Shown piece by piece: positions 20,982-28,679 of a DNA stretch of 64,000 nt. The stretch's first letter is position 1; each line of letters begins with the position of its first letter. Origin of the DNA: an uncultured Bacillales bacterium (GTDB taxonomy: Bacteria > Bacillota_I > Bacilli_A > RF39 > UBA660). The translations under genes were made by a program, and so were the position numbers. Location of the stretch: contig CAMKGA010000004.1 of the NCBI GenBank assembly GCA_946412015.1, forward strand, positions 3,858 to 67,857. The letters run 5' to 3'. Below the pieces are notes generated by a model. It saw only the letters and a list, made by a program, of their open reading frames with translations. It did no database searches and had not been told where the DNA came from.

Positions 20982-21020
20982 AATTGGTACTCAGGAAACT
21001 TTCGAAGCCCTGAGTCAATT
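20982..21020 (+). repeat. 39-bp element with internal 6-7 bp hairpin, upstream copy flanking Abi_2
   Basis: aattggtactcaggaaactttcgaagccctgagtcaatt; near-identical copy at 21936..21974. Confidence 0.6.
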
Positions 21021-21040
21021 TTATATATGGGGGCATAAAA

Positions 21041-21907
21041 ATGAAGGAATATAAAAGCAATGAAGAATTATTAGAATATTTAATATCTAAAGGTGTTAGT
21101 GTTAAAAATAAGAAAGTAGCTTTAGATAAAATAGAAAGATATACGTATTATTGTATTGTAAACACTTATAAAGAAGTATTTAAAGAAGATAATAAGTATA
21201 TTGATGATGTTACATTTGAAGAAATATATGCCCTATATGATTTTGATAAGAGTTTAAAGAATATATTTTTAAAATATATATTGGAAATAGAACAAGTTGT
21301 TAAAGCTCTTATAGCTAATACTGTATCAGAGAAATATGGCATTAAAGATTATTTAACATATAATTGTTTCAATCAAAAAATAAATCAAGATGTTATAGAT
21401 GAAATGATATTAAAAATAGATGATGAAATAAGTAAAAACTATGGTAAACATGCTGCAATAACACATTATAAAGATACATATGGTTTTATCCCGCCTTTTG
21501 TATTAGTTAAAATAATGACAATAGGACAGATAAGTAGATATTATGGAATATTAAAACAAGAAGATAGACAAAAGGTTAGTAAATATTTTAAAATATCTGA
21601 TAAATTACTAAAACAAATACTTCTAAATATTACTTTAGTTCGTAATTTCTGTGCTCACAATAATAGATTATATACATTTCATAGTAAATTCTTTATTAGT
21701 TTTAAATCAATAGATACATCATATAATAGTGCTAATAAAACAACTAATCTTTATATGATTATGAAATGTATGGAATTGTTATTAGATAAAAAAAGGAAGA
21801 AACAATTTATAAATCAAATTAATAAAGAAATAAATAAATTAGATAAAAAGTTAAATGTTATAGATATAAGAATTATTTTAAAGATTATGGGTTTCCCATG
21901 TGAATAA
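21041..21907 (+). CDS. Abi_2 family abortive-infection protein (AbiD/AbiF-like)
   Basis: 288 aa; the N-terminal region matches the Abi_2 family pattern (...EELLEYLISKGVSV...YCIVNTYKEVF...); second paralog at 36545..37468. Confidence 0.7.
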   Translation: MKEYKSNEELLEYLISKGVSVKNKKVALDKIERYTYYCIVNTYKEVFKEDNKYIDDVTFEEIYALYDFDKSLKNIFLKYILEIEQVVKALIANTVSEKYGIKDYLTYNCFNQKINQDVIDEMILKIDDEISKNYGKHAAITHYKDTYGFIPPFVLVKIMTIGQISRYYGILKQEDRQKVSKYFKISDKLLKQILLNITLVRNFCAHNNRLYTFHSKFFISFKSIDTSYNSANKTTNLYMIMKCMELLLDKKRKKQFINQINKEINKLDKKLNVIDIRIILKIMGFPCE

Positions 21908-21935
21908 TTATTTATAATTTGAATATAATAATAGT

Positions 21936-21974
21936 AATTGGTATTTAGGAAACTTTTGAAGCCCTAAGTCAATT
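21936..21974 (+). repeat. 39-bp element, downstream copy flanking Abi_2
   Basis: aattggtatttaggaaacttttgaagccctaagtcaatt; 35/39 identical to 20982..21020 with a compensatory pair change in the stem (ctcagg/cctgag to tttagg/cctaag). Confidence 0.6.
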
Positions 21975-22057
21975 ATTCCTTAATTTTCTAATATGAAAAT
22001 TAAGGTTTTTTTAGAATTTAAAAAGAAGAAACGAATTCTTCTTATAATAAGCATATG

Positions 22058-22723
22058 CTAATATTCTAAATCAATATCTTGATTAATTAATTCTAAATTA
22101 TTGTAAATAGAATGTTTAAAATAACTATATTGATTTTCGATTACCTTACCATATTCATCCAATTTATTATTTAATTTATAATGTCTAATAATATAATTAA
22201 TTACTGTTATTATTTGTGTATAATTATATTCTTTTAATAACTCAGTAAATATATTATCATAATTTGTTAAATTAATATCAGTATCTTTTATAAAGCCTTT
22301 TCTAACTAATTCTAATGTTAAACTATGGTGAATAGTTTTATCTATTTTATCTTTGTTATTATTGCTTTGTATATTAGTATTTAGTAGTGATTTGTTATCG
22401 GTACACCCTTTATCCGTGAACCCTTTAGGGTATTGTGGTGTTTCATAAATATCATATTGATAATTGATTCTACCTTTTTCATCATGTGTTTTTTCTCTTA
22501 TTAAATAACAATTATCTTCTAATTCTTTTAATGTTGATTGTATAGCTTTCTTTCCTTCTTTGCACATTCCAACTAATCCATTAACAGAATATATCCAATC
22601 ATCAGGTAAACTTAACATCATTGATAGTAATCCTTTAGTCTTTAATGATAATTTTTTATCTCTTAAATGATAGTTAGACATCACTGTATAGTTCTTTGTT
22701 TTATTAATTCTAAATACTGCCAT
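22058..22723 (-). CDS. replication-initiator-like HTH protein (RepA_N / DnaD-like N-terminal domain)
   Basis: N-terminus MSNYHLRDKKLSLKTKGLLSMMLSLPDDW...LKELEDNCYL resembles Firmicute plasmid/PICI replication-initiator N-terminal domains. Confidence 0.4.
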   Translation of the reverse strand: MAVFRINKTKNYTVMSNYHLRDKKLSLKTKGLLSMMLSLPDDWIYSVNGLVGMCKEGKKAIQSTLKELEDNCYLIREKTHDEKGRINYQYDIYETPQYPKGFTDKGCTDNKSLLNTNIQSNNNKDKIDKTIHHSLTLELVRKGFIKDTDINLTNYDNIFTELLKEYNYTQIITVINYIIRHYKLNNKLDEYGKVIENQYSYFKHSIYNNLELINQDIDLEY

Positions 22724-22862
22724 AAATTACTCCTCTCCAGCCCTTATCTAGCCCCTTAAAAATTCTTTCTTTAAGCGTTTTAAGCAGAAATGAGTAGTAA
22801 TGAAACGTAAAAAACCTACTATTTTCTGTAGGTTATGTAATATCAAATTATTTTATATTTTC

Positions 22863-22915
22863 TCCTGTTTTCCCGACCATTTAGTTTATAAACCTTGTAT
22901 AACAAGGTTTTTTCT
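22863..22915 (+). repeat. attR: direct repeat of tRNA-Pro 3' end
   Basis: tcctgttttcccgaccatttagtttataaaccttgtataacaaggtttttt, copy of 16521..16572. Confidence 0.65.
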
Positions 22916-22981
22916 TTACTTTAATGTTTTATAGATTTTCTAATAGCTTTTTTAGAATATATTATTAACTGATTTACATCA

Positions 22982-23005
22982 GTTATTTTTTGTAATATAA
23001 AGGTA
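22982..23005 (+). promoter_or_regulatory. conserved 24-bp motif gtaatataaaggtagttactgata (copy 1), ~125 bp upstream of the pilin gene
   Basis: Second copy at 24405..24428 (22/24 identical). Both follow a hairpin and T-run, and each precedes a + strand gene by ~100-125 bp. Confidence 0.4.
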
Positions 23006-23128
23006 GTTACTGATACTAGAATTATAATAAATAATGTGATAAAATTATTTTGTAAAATAAAACAGTACAGTTTTGTTTTATAATTTCTCTTTTATTCAAA
23101 TTTTTATTTTGAAAGGATGGTAGATTTT

Positions 23129-24175
23129 ATGAATAAGAATAAAAGAAAAGGATTCACATTAATAGAACTAATAGCAGTTCTAGTAATACTAGCAATTCTT
23201 GCATTAATAGTAACACCACTAGTTATGAATATTATAAGAAAAGCTAGAATTTCAGCGGATAAAAGAAGTATTGATGCATACGGAAGAAGTGTTGAGTATG
23301 CAATAGCTACATATTTACTAGATAACGGAAAGTTCCCAACAAGTATAGAAGAGCTAACGATAGAATATACAGGAGATGAAGTAGTATGTTCAACATCTAA
23401 GCTTAATTCTGATTCTTCAGTATATCTAGCTGGATGTACTGTAGCAGGAAGAAGTGTAGATTATACATATGGTAGTGAAGAGTCTATCGTATATGATGTA
23501 TATCAAAAAGGAGATACAGTAACATATAATGGAATGAATTTCCACGTAATAAAAGATAGTGGAACAAGTCAAGATTATGTTACATTATTATTAGATACTC
23601 CGTTGACTGCAACTGAGGTTAATACATATGGAGGAGTAGGAACAGCAAATAACCATGTAAATATGCATGTAACTTCTAATACAAATGCATCATATTACCA
23701 AAAAGCATATGATTATAATAGTGCAGGCTATTTAGCATTCTACTCAAGTGAAACTTGTGGATATGATAGTAATAACAATTGGGTAACTACTGGATGTAAT
23801 AATAATTATGCAGATAGTGATATAAAATATGTAGTAGATGCTTGGGCGTTAGATAAAACAACCTCAAGTGATTTAAAAGAAATAGATGGATATAAAGCAA
23901 GAATGATAACATATGATGAATTAACAGATGAGCTAGGATATGAAAAAGCATCAAGTGGAACAATAATGCCATCAAGTAATGGTGATACACCAAACTGGGT
24001 ATGGAATTCAGGAAATAACGCTGGATATTGGACAATGAGTGGGGTAGCAGATAGCACTGACCGTGCCTGGTATGTTATTGGTGATGGCGGGCTTAACAAC
24101 AACAACGTGCGCTACGGCAACTACAGCTACGGGTCTGTTCGCCCAGTTATAAATCTCTTGAAATCTGCCATCTAG
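23129..24175 (+). CDS. type IV pilin/pseudopilin-like protein with large C-terminal domain
   Basis: N-terminal prepilin signal KRKGFTLIELIAVLVILAILALIV (G/FTLIE methylation motif). The C-terminal ~90 aa share a motif block with two modules of the 1906-aa protein (…YW…G…VRPVI…). Confidence 0.65.
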   Translation: MNKNKRKGFTLIELIAVLVILAILALIVTPLVMNIIRKARISADKRSIDAYGRSVEYAIATYLLDNGKFPTSIEELTIEYTGDEVVCSTSKLNSDSSVYLAGCTVAGRSVDYTYGSEESIVYDVYQKGDTVTYNGMNFHVIKDSGTSQDYVTLLLDTPLTATEVNTYGGVGTANNHVNMHVTSNTNASYYQKAYDYNSAGYLAFYSSETCGYDSNNNWVTTGCNNNYADSDIKYVVDAWALDKTTSSDLKEIDGYKARMITYDELTDELGYEKASSGTIMPSSNGDTPNWVWNSGNNAGYWTMSGVADSTDRAWYVIGDGGLNNNNVRYGNYSYGSVRPVINLLKSAI

Positions 24176-24362
24176 GTTATCAAGAAGGTCTCGTGCTAGG
24201 AATAAACTAGATTTAAACAAGTACAATATTTAGAACAATATGAAATGCAATAATTTGGAAACAAATTATTGTAAAAGGCAGCTTGTCTGCCGTAGCTTCA
24301 CGTCTGCGTAGCGAAAGTGAAGCTTATAAATATATATTTTAATGGATAAAGAGAAATTATGA

Positions 24363-24396
24363 AACCCAGTAATATTTAAATTACTGGGTTTTGTTT
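24363..24396 (+). terminator. rho-independent terminator after pilin gene
   Basis: Hairpin aacccagtaat-atttaa-attactgggtt followed by ttgtttt. Confidence 0.55.
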
Positions 24397-24404
24397 TATA
24401 TTGT

Positions 24405-24428
24405 GTAATATAGAGGTAGTTACTGATA
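24405..24428 (+). promoter_or_regulatory. conserved 24-bp motif gtaatatagaggtagttactgata (copy 2)
   Basis: Paired with 22982..23005. Confidence 0.4.
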
Positions 24429-24554
24429 TATATAAGGTATTCCAAAAAAGTATACCCTATATAAATTTTTATTATTAAAATTATTATTAATAATTATTTA
24501 CAATTTTTATCTTGCTGTGATATACTATTGTTGTATAGGATAGTGAGGTATAGT

Positions 24555-24767
24555 ATGAACAAAAGAATTATTGAAGATGTAAATATTAAATGTGAAAAGT
24601 GTGGTAGAGATATTGGCTTTAAGGTATATTATGAGTCAAGTAATGAAACAGGAGAGAATAAATATAAAAAGTCTAATTTAGATGATGTAGAGGTATGCTC
24701 TTGTAGTGGTGCATATAAGCAGTATGTTAGTAAATATAATGATCTGCCTGCATTAATTACAAGATAG
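24555..24767 (+). CDS. small hypothetical protein with CxxC...CxC cysteines (zinc-ribbon-like)
   Basis: 70-aa ORF, RBS gtgagg; CEKCGR ... CSCSG. Confidence 0.3.
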   Translation: MNKRIIEDVNIKCEKCGRDIGFKVYYESSNETGENKYKKSNLDDVEVCSCSGAYKQYVSKYNDLPALITR

Positions 24768-24768
24768 A

Positions 24769-25263
24769 TTATTTAAATATTGTAAGTTTTTTTATAGGAT
24801 TATCTTTAATTTTTCTTTTTGAAAGATAATCTTTTTTTATGTTTGAAATGTTATATAGTTTATTTATTGAATTTGTTATTTTTATTTTTGTATCTTCATC
24901 TATATTATTTTTATTATATAAATATTTTTTTATAATTGTTGGATTTACTCCTGTTATTTTTTTGCACATTTCTGAAAAATATTCTAACGAATTAAAACCA
25001 CTTATTAGTGCGATATTTAACATATTGTTATTGCTTGTTTCTATAGATTTAATTGTGTTATATATTTTAAGTGAATTAATATAATCTGTAATCGTTAAAC
25101 CTATTTCTTTTTTAAATAATTTCATTATGTAATATCTATTATAATAAAATTTTTCTTCTAATGTTTGAATAGATATTTTATGTTTTAAATTATCATTTAT
25201 ATAAATTAAAATGTTACAAATAAGTTCATTTGAAAACATATTATCACCAATTATAATATACAT
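24769..25263 (-). CDS. AraC-family HTH domain protein
   Basis: The C-terminal half has AraC-type HTH features (…YFSEMCKKITGVNPTIIKKY). Confidence 0.5.
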   Translation of the reverse strand: MYIIIGDNMFSNELICNILIYINDNLKHKISIQTLEEKFYYNRYYIMKLFKKEIGLTITDYINSLKIYNTIKSIETSNNNMLNIALISGFNSLEYFSEMCKKITGVNPTIIKKYLYNKNNIDEDTKIKITNSINKLYNISNIKKDYLSKRKIKDNPIKKLTIFK

Positions 25264-25349
25264 TATATATTTGTTAGAGTCAATATACCACTATTGTTTA
25301 AATGTAATATTAATATCTAGTATATACTGAGTGTGAAAGGAGAGATAAT

Positions 25350-26639
25350 ATGTTAGAATCACATTTTGAAACTACAGAAAATATGAAAAAGTATGTACCA
25401 TTAATACCGGTTAACAAGAATTCTAAAATTAATAATTCAGGTGTTTATATGTGCTATGATGATGAGAATATTTATATTGATAAAAAGTTTAACAATAATT
25501 TAATTATTGGAGAGGGTGGAAGTGGTAAGACACAAGCAGTAACTTTGCCATTATTAAAAACATCACTTTTAGCAACCGAATCTGTAATTGTAACTGATTT
25601 AGGTGGTGATATATATAAAAATATGCATGACGAGTTTGAGAAGAATGGTTATACTAATTTAGTTTTAAACTTTGATAATCCACGTAATGGGGATAGGTGG
25701 AACCCATTTTCTTTAATTACTAAATTATATAAAAATAAAGATTATGATCTAGCGCAAGAAGCAATTGAAAATTTAGGATTTTCTTTAATTAGAGAAAGAA
25801 CAGATAATACTAATGATCCGTTTTGGGAAAATTCTGCTGTAAACTTTTTTTCGGGACTTGTATTATATGCGCTTGAAAATAATATTGATTTAACTTTTGA
25901 TGCGTTACAAGATATAGAAAATAAGATTGATGAAAATAGTAGTGAATTTATTAATTCTTTAGATAAAAAAGATCCGTCATATATAAATTTAGTTGGAATA
26001 TTAAATGCACCAAATGAAACAAGAGGAAGTATTATTTCTGTATTTAATCAGAAAATTAAATCGTTTTTTAGTAAAATAGATTTAAAAAATATGTTATCAG
26101 ATGCCAATTTTGATTATGATAAATTATTAAATAGCAAAACTATTGTTTATTTAATACCAGGAGTAACTACAGTATCTGAAAGATTAATATCACTTTTTGT
26201 AAGTCAATTTGCGTATGTAAAAAGGATTTTTAAAAGCACACTTAAATACAATATTATATTAGATGATTTTTATAATATGAATTATATAAAAAATATTGTA
26301 AATATTATTAATAATTCAAAATCTTTTGGAATGAAGTTTACTATTACAGTAGGTGGTTTTAATGAGATTAATAATATATATGGTAAGGAACAAGCAAATT
26401 TATTAAAGGCATGTTTTAATAATATTATATATTTATTATCATCTGATATTGAAACACTTGAAGAAGTTAGTAAGATGTGTGGTAGTAAAAGTAGCGATGG
26501 TAAAATGTTGCCGCTAGTATCGGTATCTGAGTTAAAAACATTAAAAATGTTTGAAGCAATTATTTTAGCTCAAAGAGTTATGCCTTATAAAACTAAGTTA
26601 TGTCCATATTATAAATTAACTGAAAATGGTATATTTTAA
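25350..26639 (+). CDS. type IV secretion coupling protein (TraG/VirD4/TcpA-like) ATPase domain, N-terminally truncated relative to canonical T4CPs
   Basis: Walker A IIGEGGSGKTQ, the NP..GDRWNPF block, and Walker B/ATPase C-region NIILDDFYNM...GMKFTITVGGFNEINNIYG all match the T4CP soluble domain. No N-terminal TM segments, 429 aa. Confidence 0.55.
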   Translation: MLESHFETTENMKKYVPLIPVNKNSKINNSGVYMCYDDENIYIDKKFNNNLIIGEGGSGKTQAVTLPLLKTSLLATESVIVTDLGGDIYKNMHDEFEKNGYTNLVLNFDNPRNGDRWNPFSLITKLYKNKDYDLAQEAIENLGFSLIRERTDNTNDPFWENSAVNFFSGLVLYALENNIDLTFDALQDIENKIDENSSEFINSLDKKDPSYINLVGILNAPNETRGSIISVFNQKIKSFFSKIDLKNMLSDANFDYDKLLNSKTIVYLIPGVTTVSERLISLFVSQFAYVKRIFKSTLKYNIILDDFYNMNYIKNIVNIINNSKSFGMKFTITVGGFNEINNIYGKEQANLLKACFNNIIYLLSSDIETLEEVSKMCGSKSSDGKMLPLVSVSELKTLKMFEAIILAQRVMPYKTKLCPYYKLTENGIF

Positions 26640-26707
26640 GCTAAGTAATTAGCTTTTTTTTTTATATTAATTAGTGTATAATTGTATATAGGAAAGTTGG
26701 TATTAAG

Positions 26708-27736
26708 ATGAATTACATAGGCTCTAAACATTCAATAATTAATTTTTTAGAAGAATCTATTATTGATTTTACAAATAAAGAAGGTAAAGTATTTTGTGAC
26801 ATATTTGCAGGAACTGGAGTTGTTGGAAAAAGGTTTAAAAAACTTGGTTATGATATAATTGCTAATGATACACAGTTTTATAGTTTTGTTTTAAATAAAC
26901 ATTATTTAGAGAATAACAATAACTTATTATTTTCTAAGCTAAAATTAAAAGGAATACAGGATGTATTTATATATTTAAATAAACTTAATAATTATCAAGG
27001 GTTTATTTATAATAATTATACTAGTATTGGAACTATTAACGATAAATATGAAAGAAACTATTTTACTATAGAGAATGCTATTAAAATTGATTCAATGAGA
27101 GATCAAATAGAAAAGTGGTATAAAAAAGAATATATTGATAAAAATGAATATTATTATTTACTTGTTTGTTTAATTGAAGCTGCAGATAAGGTAGCAAATA
27201 CTGCATCAGTATATGAAGCTTTTTTAAAGAATATAAAAAAGAGTGCGCAAAAAACTATAGAGATTAAACCGCTTGAAATAGTTATAAATAAAAATACTAA
27301 ATCTAAAGTTTTTATTGAGGATTCTAATGAGTTAATAAAAGAAATAAAGGGAGATATTTTATATTTAGATCCTCCATATAACTCTAGAAGATATAGTTCT
27401 AATTATCACATACTTGAAACAATAGCTTATGGAGATAATCCTATTATTAAAGGAAAAACTGGAATTAGAAAAGAGAGTATCTCATCAAAATATAATAAAA
27501 AAAATGAAGTAGCTAAGGCTTTTGAAGATTTGATTGCTAATGCTAAATTTAAATATATATTTTTAAGTTATAATGATGAAGGAATTATGAGTTTTAAAGA
27601 AATAGAAGAAATTATGAGTAAATATGGTAAGTATAAAAGATATGAGACTAATCATAAAAGATATAAGGCTAGTAAAAATAAAGAAGTAGGAAAGAAGACA
27701 ACTATTGAATATTTACATGCTTTAAAAAAAGAATGA
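26708..27736 (+). CDS. Dam-class (D12) N6-adenine DNA methyltransferase
   Basis: MNYIGSKHSIINF start, FAGTG SAM motif I, DPPY catalytic motif IV (LYLDPPYNSR). Confidence 0.85.
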   Translation: MNYIGSKHSIINFLEESIIDFTNKEGKVFCDIFAGTGVVGKRFKKLGYDIIANDTQFYSFVLNKHYLENNNNLLFSKLKLKGIQDVFIYLNKLNNYQGFIYNNYTSIGTINDKYERNYFTIENAIKIDSMRDQIEKWYKKEYIDKNEYYYLLVCLIEAADKVANTASVYEAFLKNIKKSAQKTIEIKPLEIVINKNTKSKVFIEDSNELIKEIKGDILYLDPPYNSRRYSSNYHILETIAYGDNPIIKGKTGIRKESISSKYNKKNEVAKAFEDLIANAKFKYIFLSYNDEGIMSFKEIEEIMSKYGKYKRYETNHKRYKASKNKEVGKKTTIEYLHALKKE

Positions 27737-27782
27737 TAATATAATAAAAGTATATAAAAATAATAAATATAATAATAGAAAA

Positions 27783-28651
27783 GTAAAGAAGGTAAGAACT
27801 TTTAAAAAGAGAGCACTCGCTCTTACAGGAATTGGTATTTTAGTTTTATGTGGAATTAATATTGCTAAAACTAATGTAGAAGAGGATGAAACAAAGATAG
27901 TTGTGACTATTGATGAAGATAATAAAAAAAATAAAAATATTAATACTAACGTAAATAATCCAATAATTGATCCGTTTAAAGTTGGTTCTTTAAGTGTTAG
28001 AGAAGTAAATGATTGTTTATATGGACCACTTGGGAGGTATTTTTATGAATATGCTGATATGTATGATGTAGATGCTAATTTAATGTGTGCTATTGCTATG
28101 CAAGAATCATCTTTAAACCATAAGGCTTGTATTCCTAGAGTCTGGATATGGAGTAGGACTTATGCAATTAGAAAGTCCATCTGGGGAGGAGATTAGAGCT
28201 TATAATTATAAAACCGGACAGATAGATACAGAATATATTACAATGGATGAAGCTTGTGATATTATTAAGAATATTAAAATTGGCTGTATGATTTTTCAAA
28301 ATAGTTTGAATTATAATAATGGTAATGTATTTAGCTATACAGTCACATAACTATGGTCCTGGAATGACTGATTTGGTTTTAACAAGTGCGTATGGTAATT
28401 CTGATGATATAAAAGATGATTATACAAACTACAAATGGGTAGAATATATGAAGGATGCTCATGAAAACCCTTGGAAATACTTACCTGATTGGAAAGAAAG
28501 TAAATATGTAGATGGAAATTATGTTAGTAATGTTTTAAGATTTTTTCCAAGTGATAAAGTAAAGTATAATTATGATGGTAAAAGAATTTGCCTAAATTTA
28601 AAAACAATGAAAGTAGAAAGTAAGATAGATTTGAATTCAAAAATAAAATAA
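27783..28651 (+). pseudogene. lytic transglycosylase (SLT domain, VirB1-like), disrupted by two frameshifts and lacking an in-frame ATG
   Basis: Signal/TM-like RTFKKRALALTGIGILVLCG in one frame and the SLT motif AIAMQESSLNHKA. The text then continues as SGYGVGLMQLESPSGEE in a second frame and MVMYLAIQSHNYGPGMTD... in a third (ORFs 27903..28196, 28162..28350, 28319..28651). Confidence 0.6.
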
Positions 28652-28679
28652 TAGTTATTTAATTTAGGGAGGTATTTAA

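Larger units (their letters stand above)
16538..22915. mobile_element. tRNA-Pro-integrated genomic island (tyrosine integrase; PICI/satellite-like), ~6.4 kb
   Basis: Bounded by ~50-bp direct repeats of the tRNA-Pro 3' end. Integrase lies next to the tRNA, then an Xis-like protein, an XRE regulator, cargo (629-aa unknown, Abi_2) and a RepA_N-like protein at the distal end. Confidence 0.7.

Noticed and set aside
20982-21974. Integron attC-like interpretation of the 39-bp repeats around Abi_2
   Set aside because: There is no IntI-type integrase or attI in the window, and the repeats lack the RYYYAAC/GTTRRRY core pairs. Direct repeats with a short internal palindrome fit an operator/UTR hairpin or another recombination system better.
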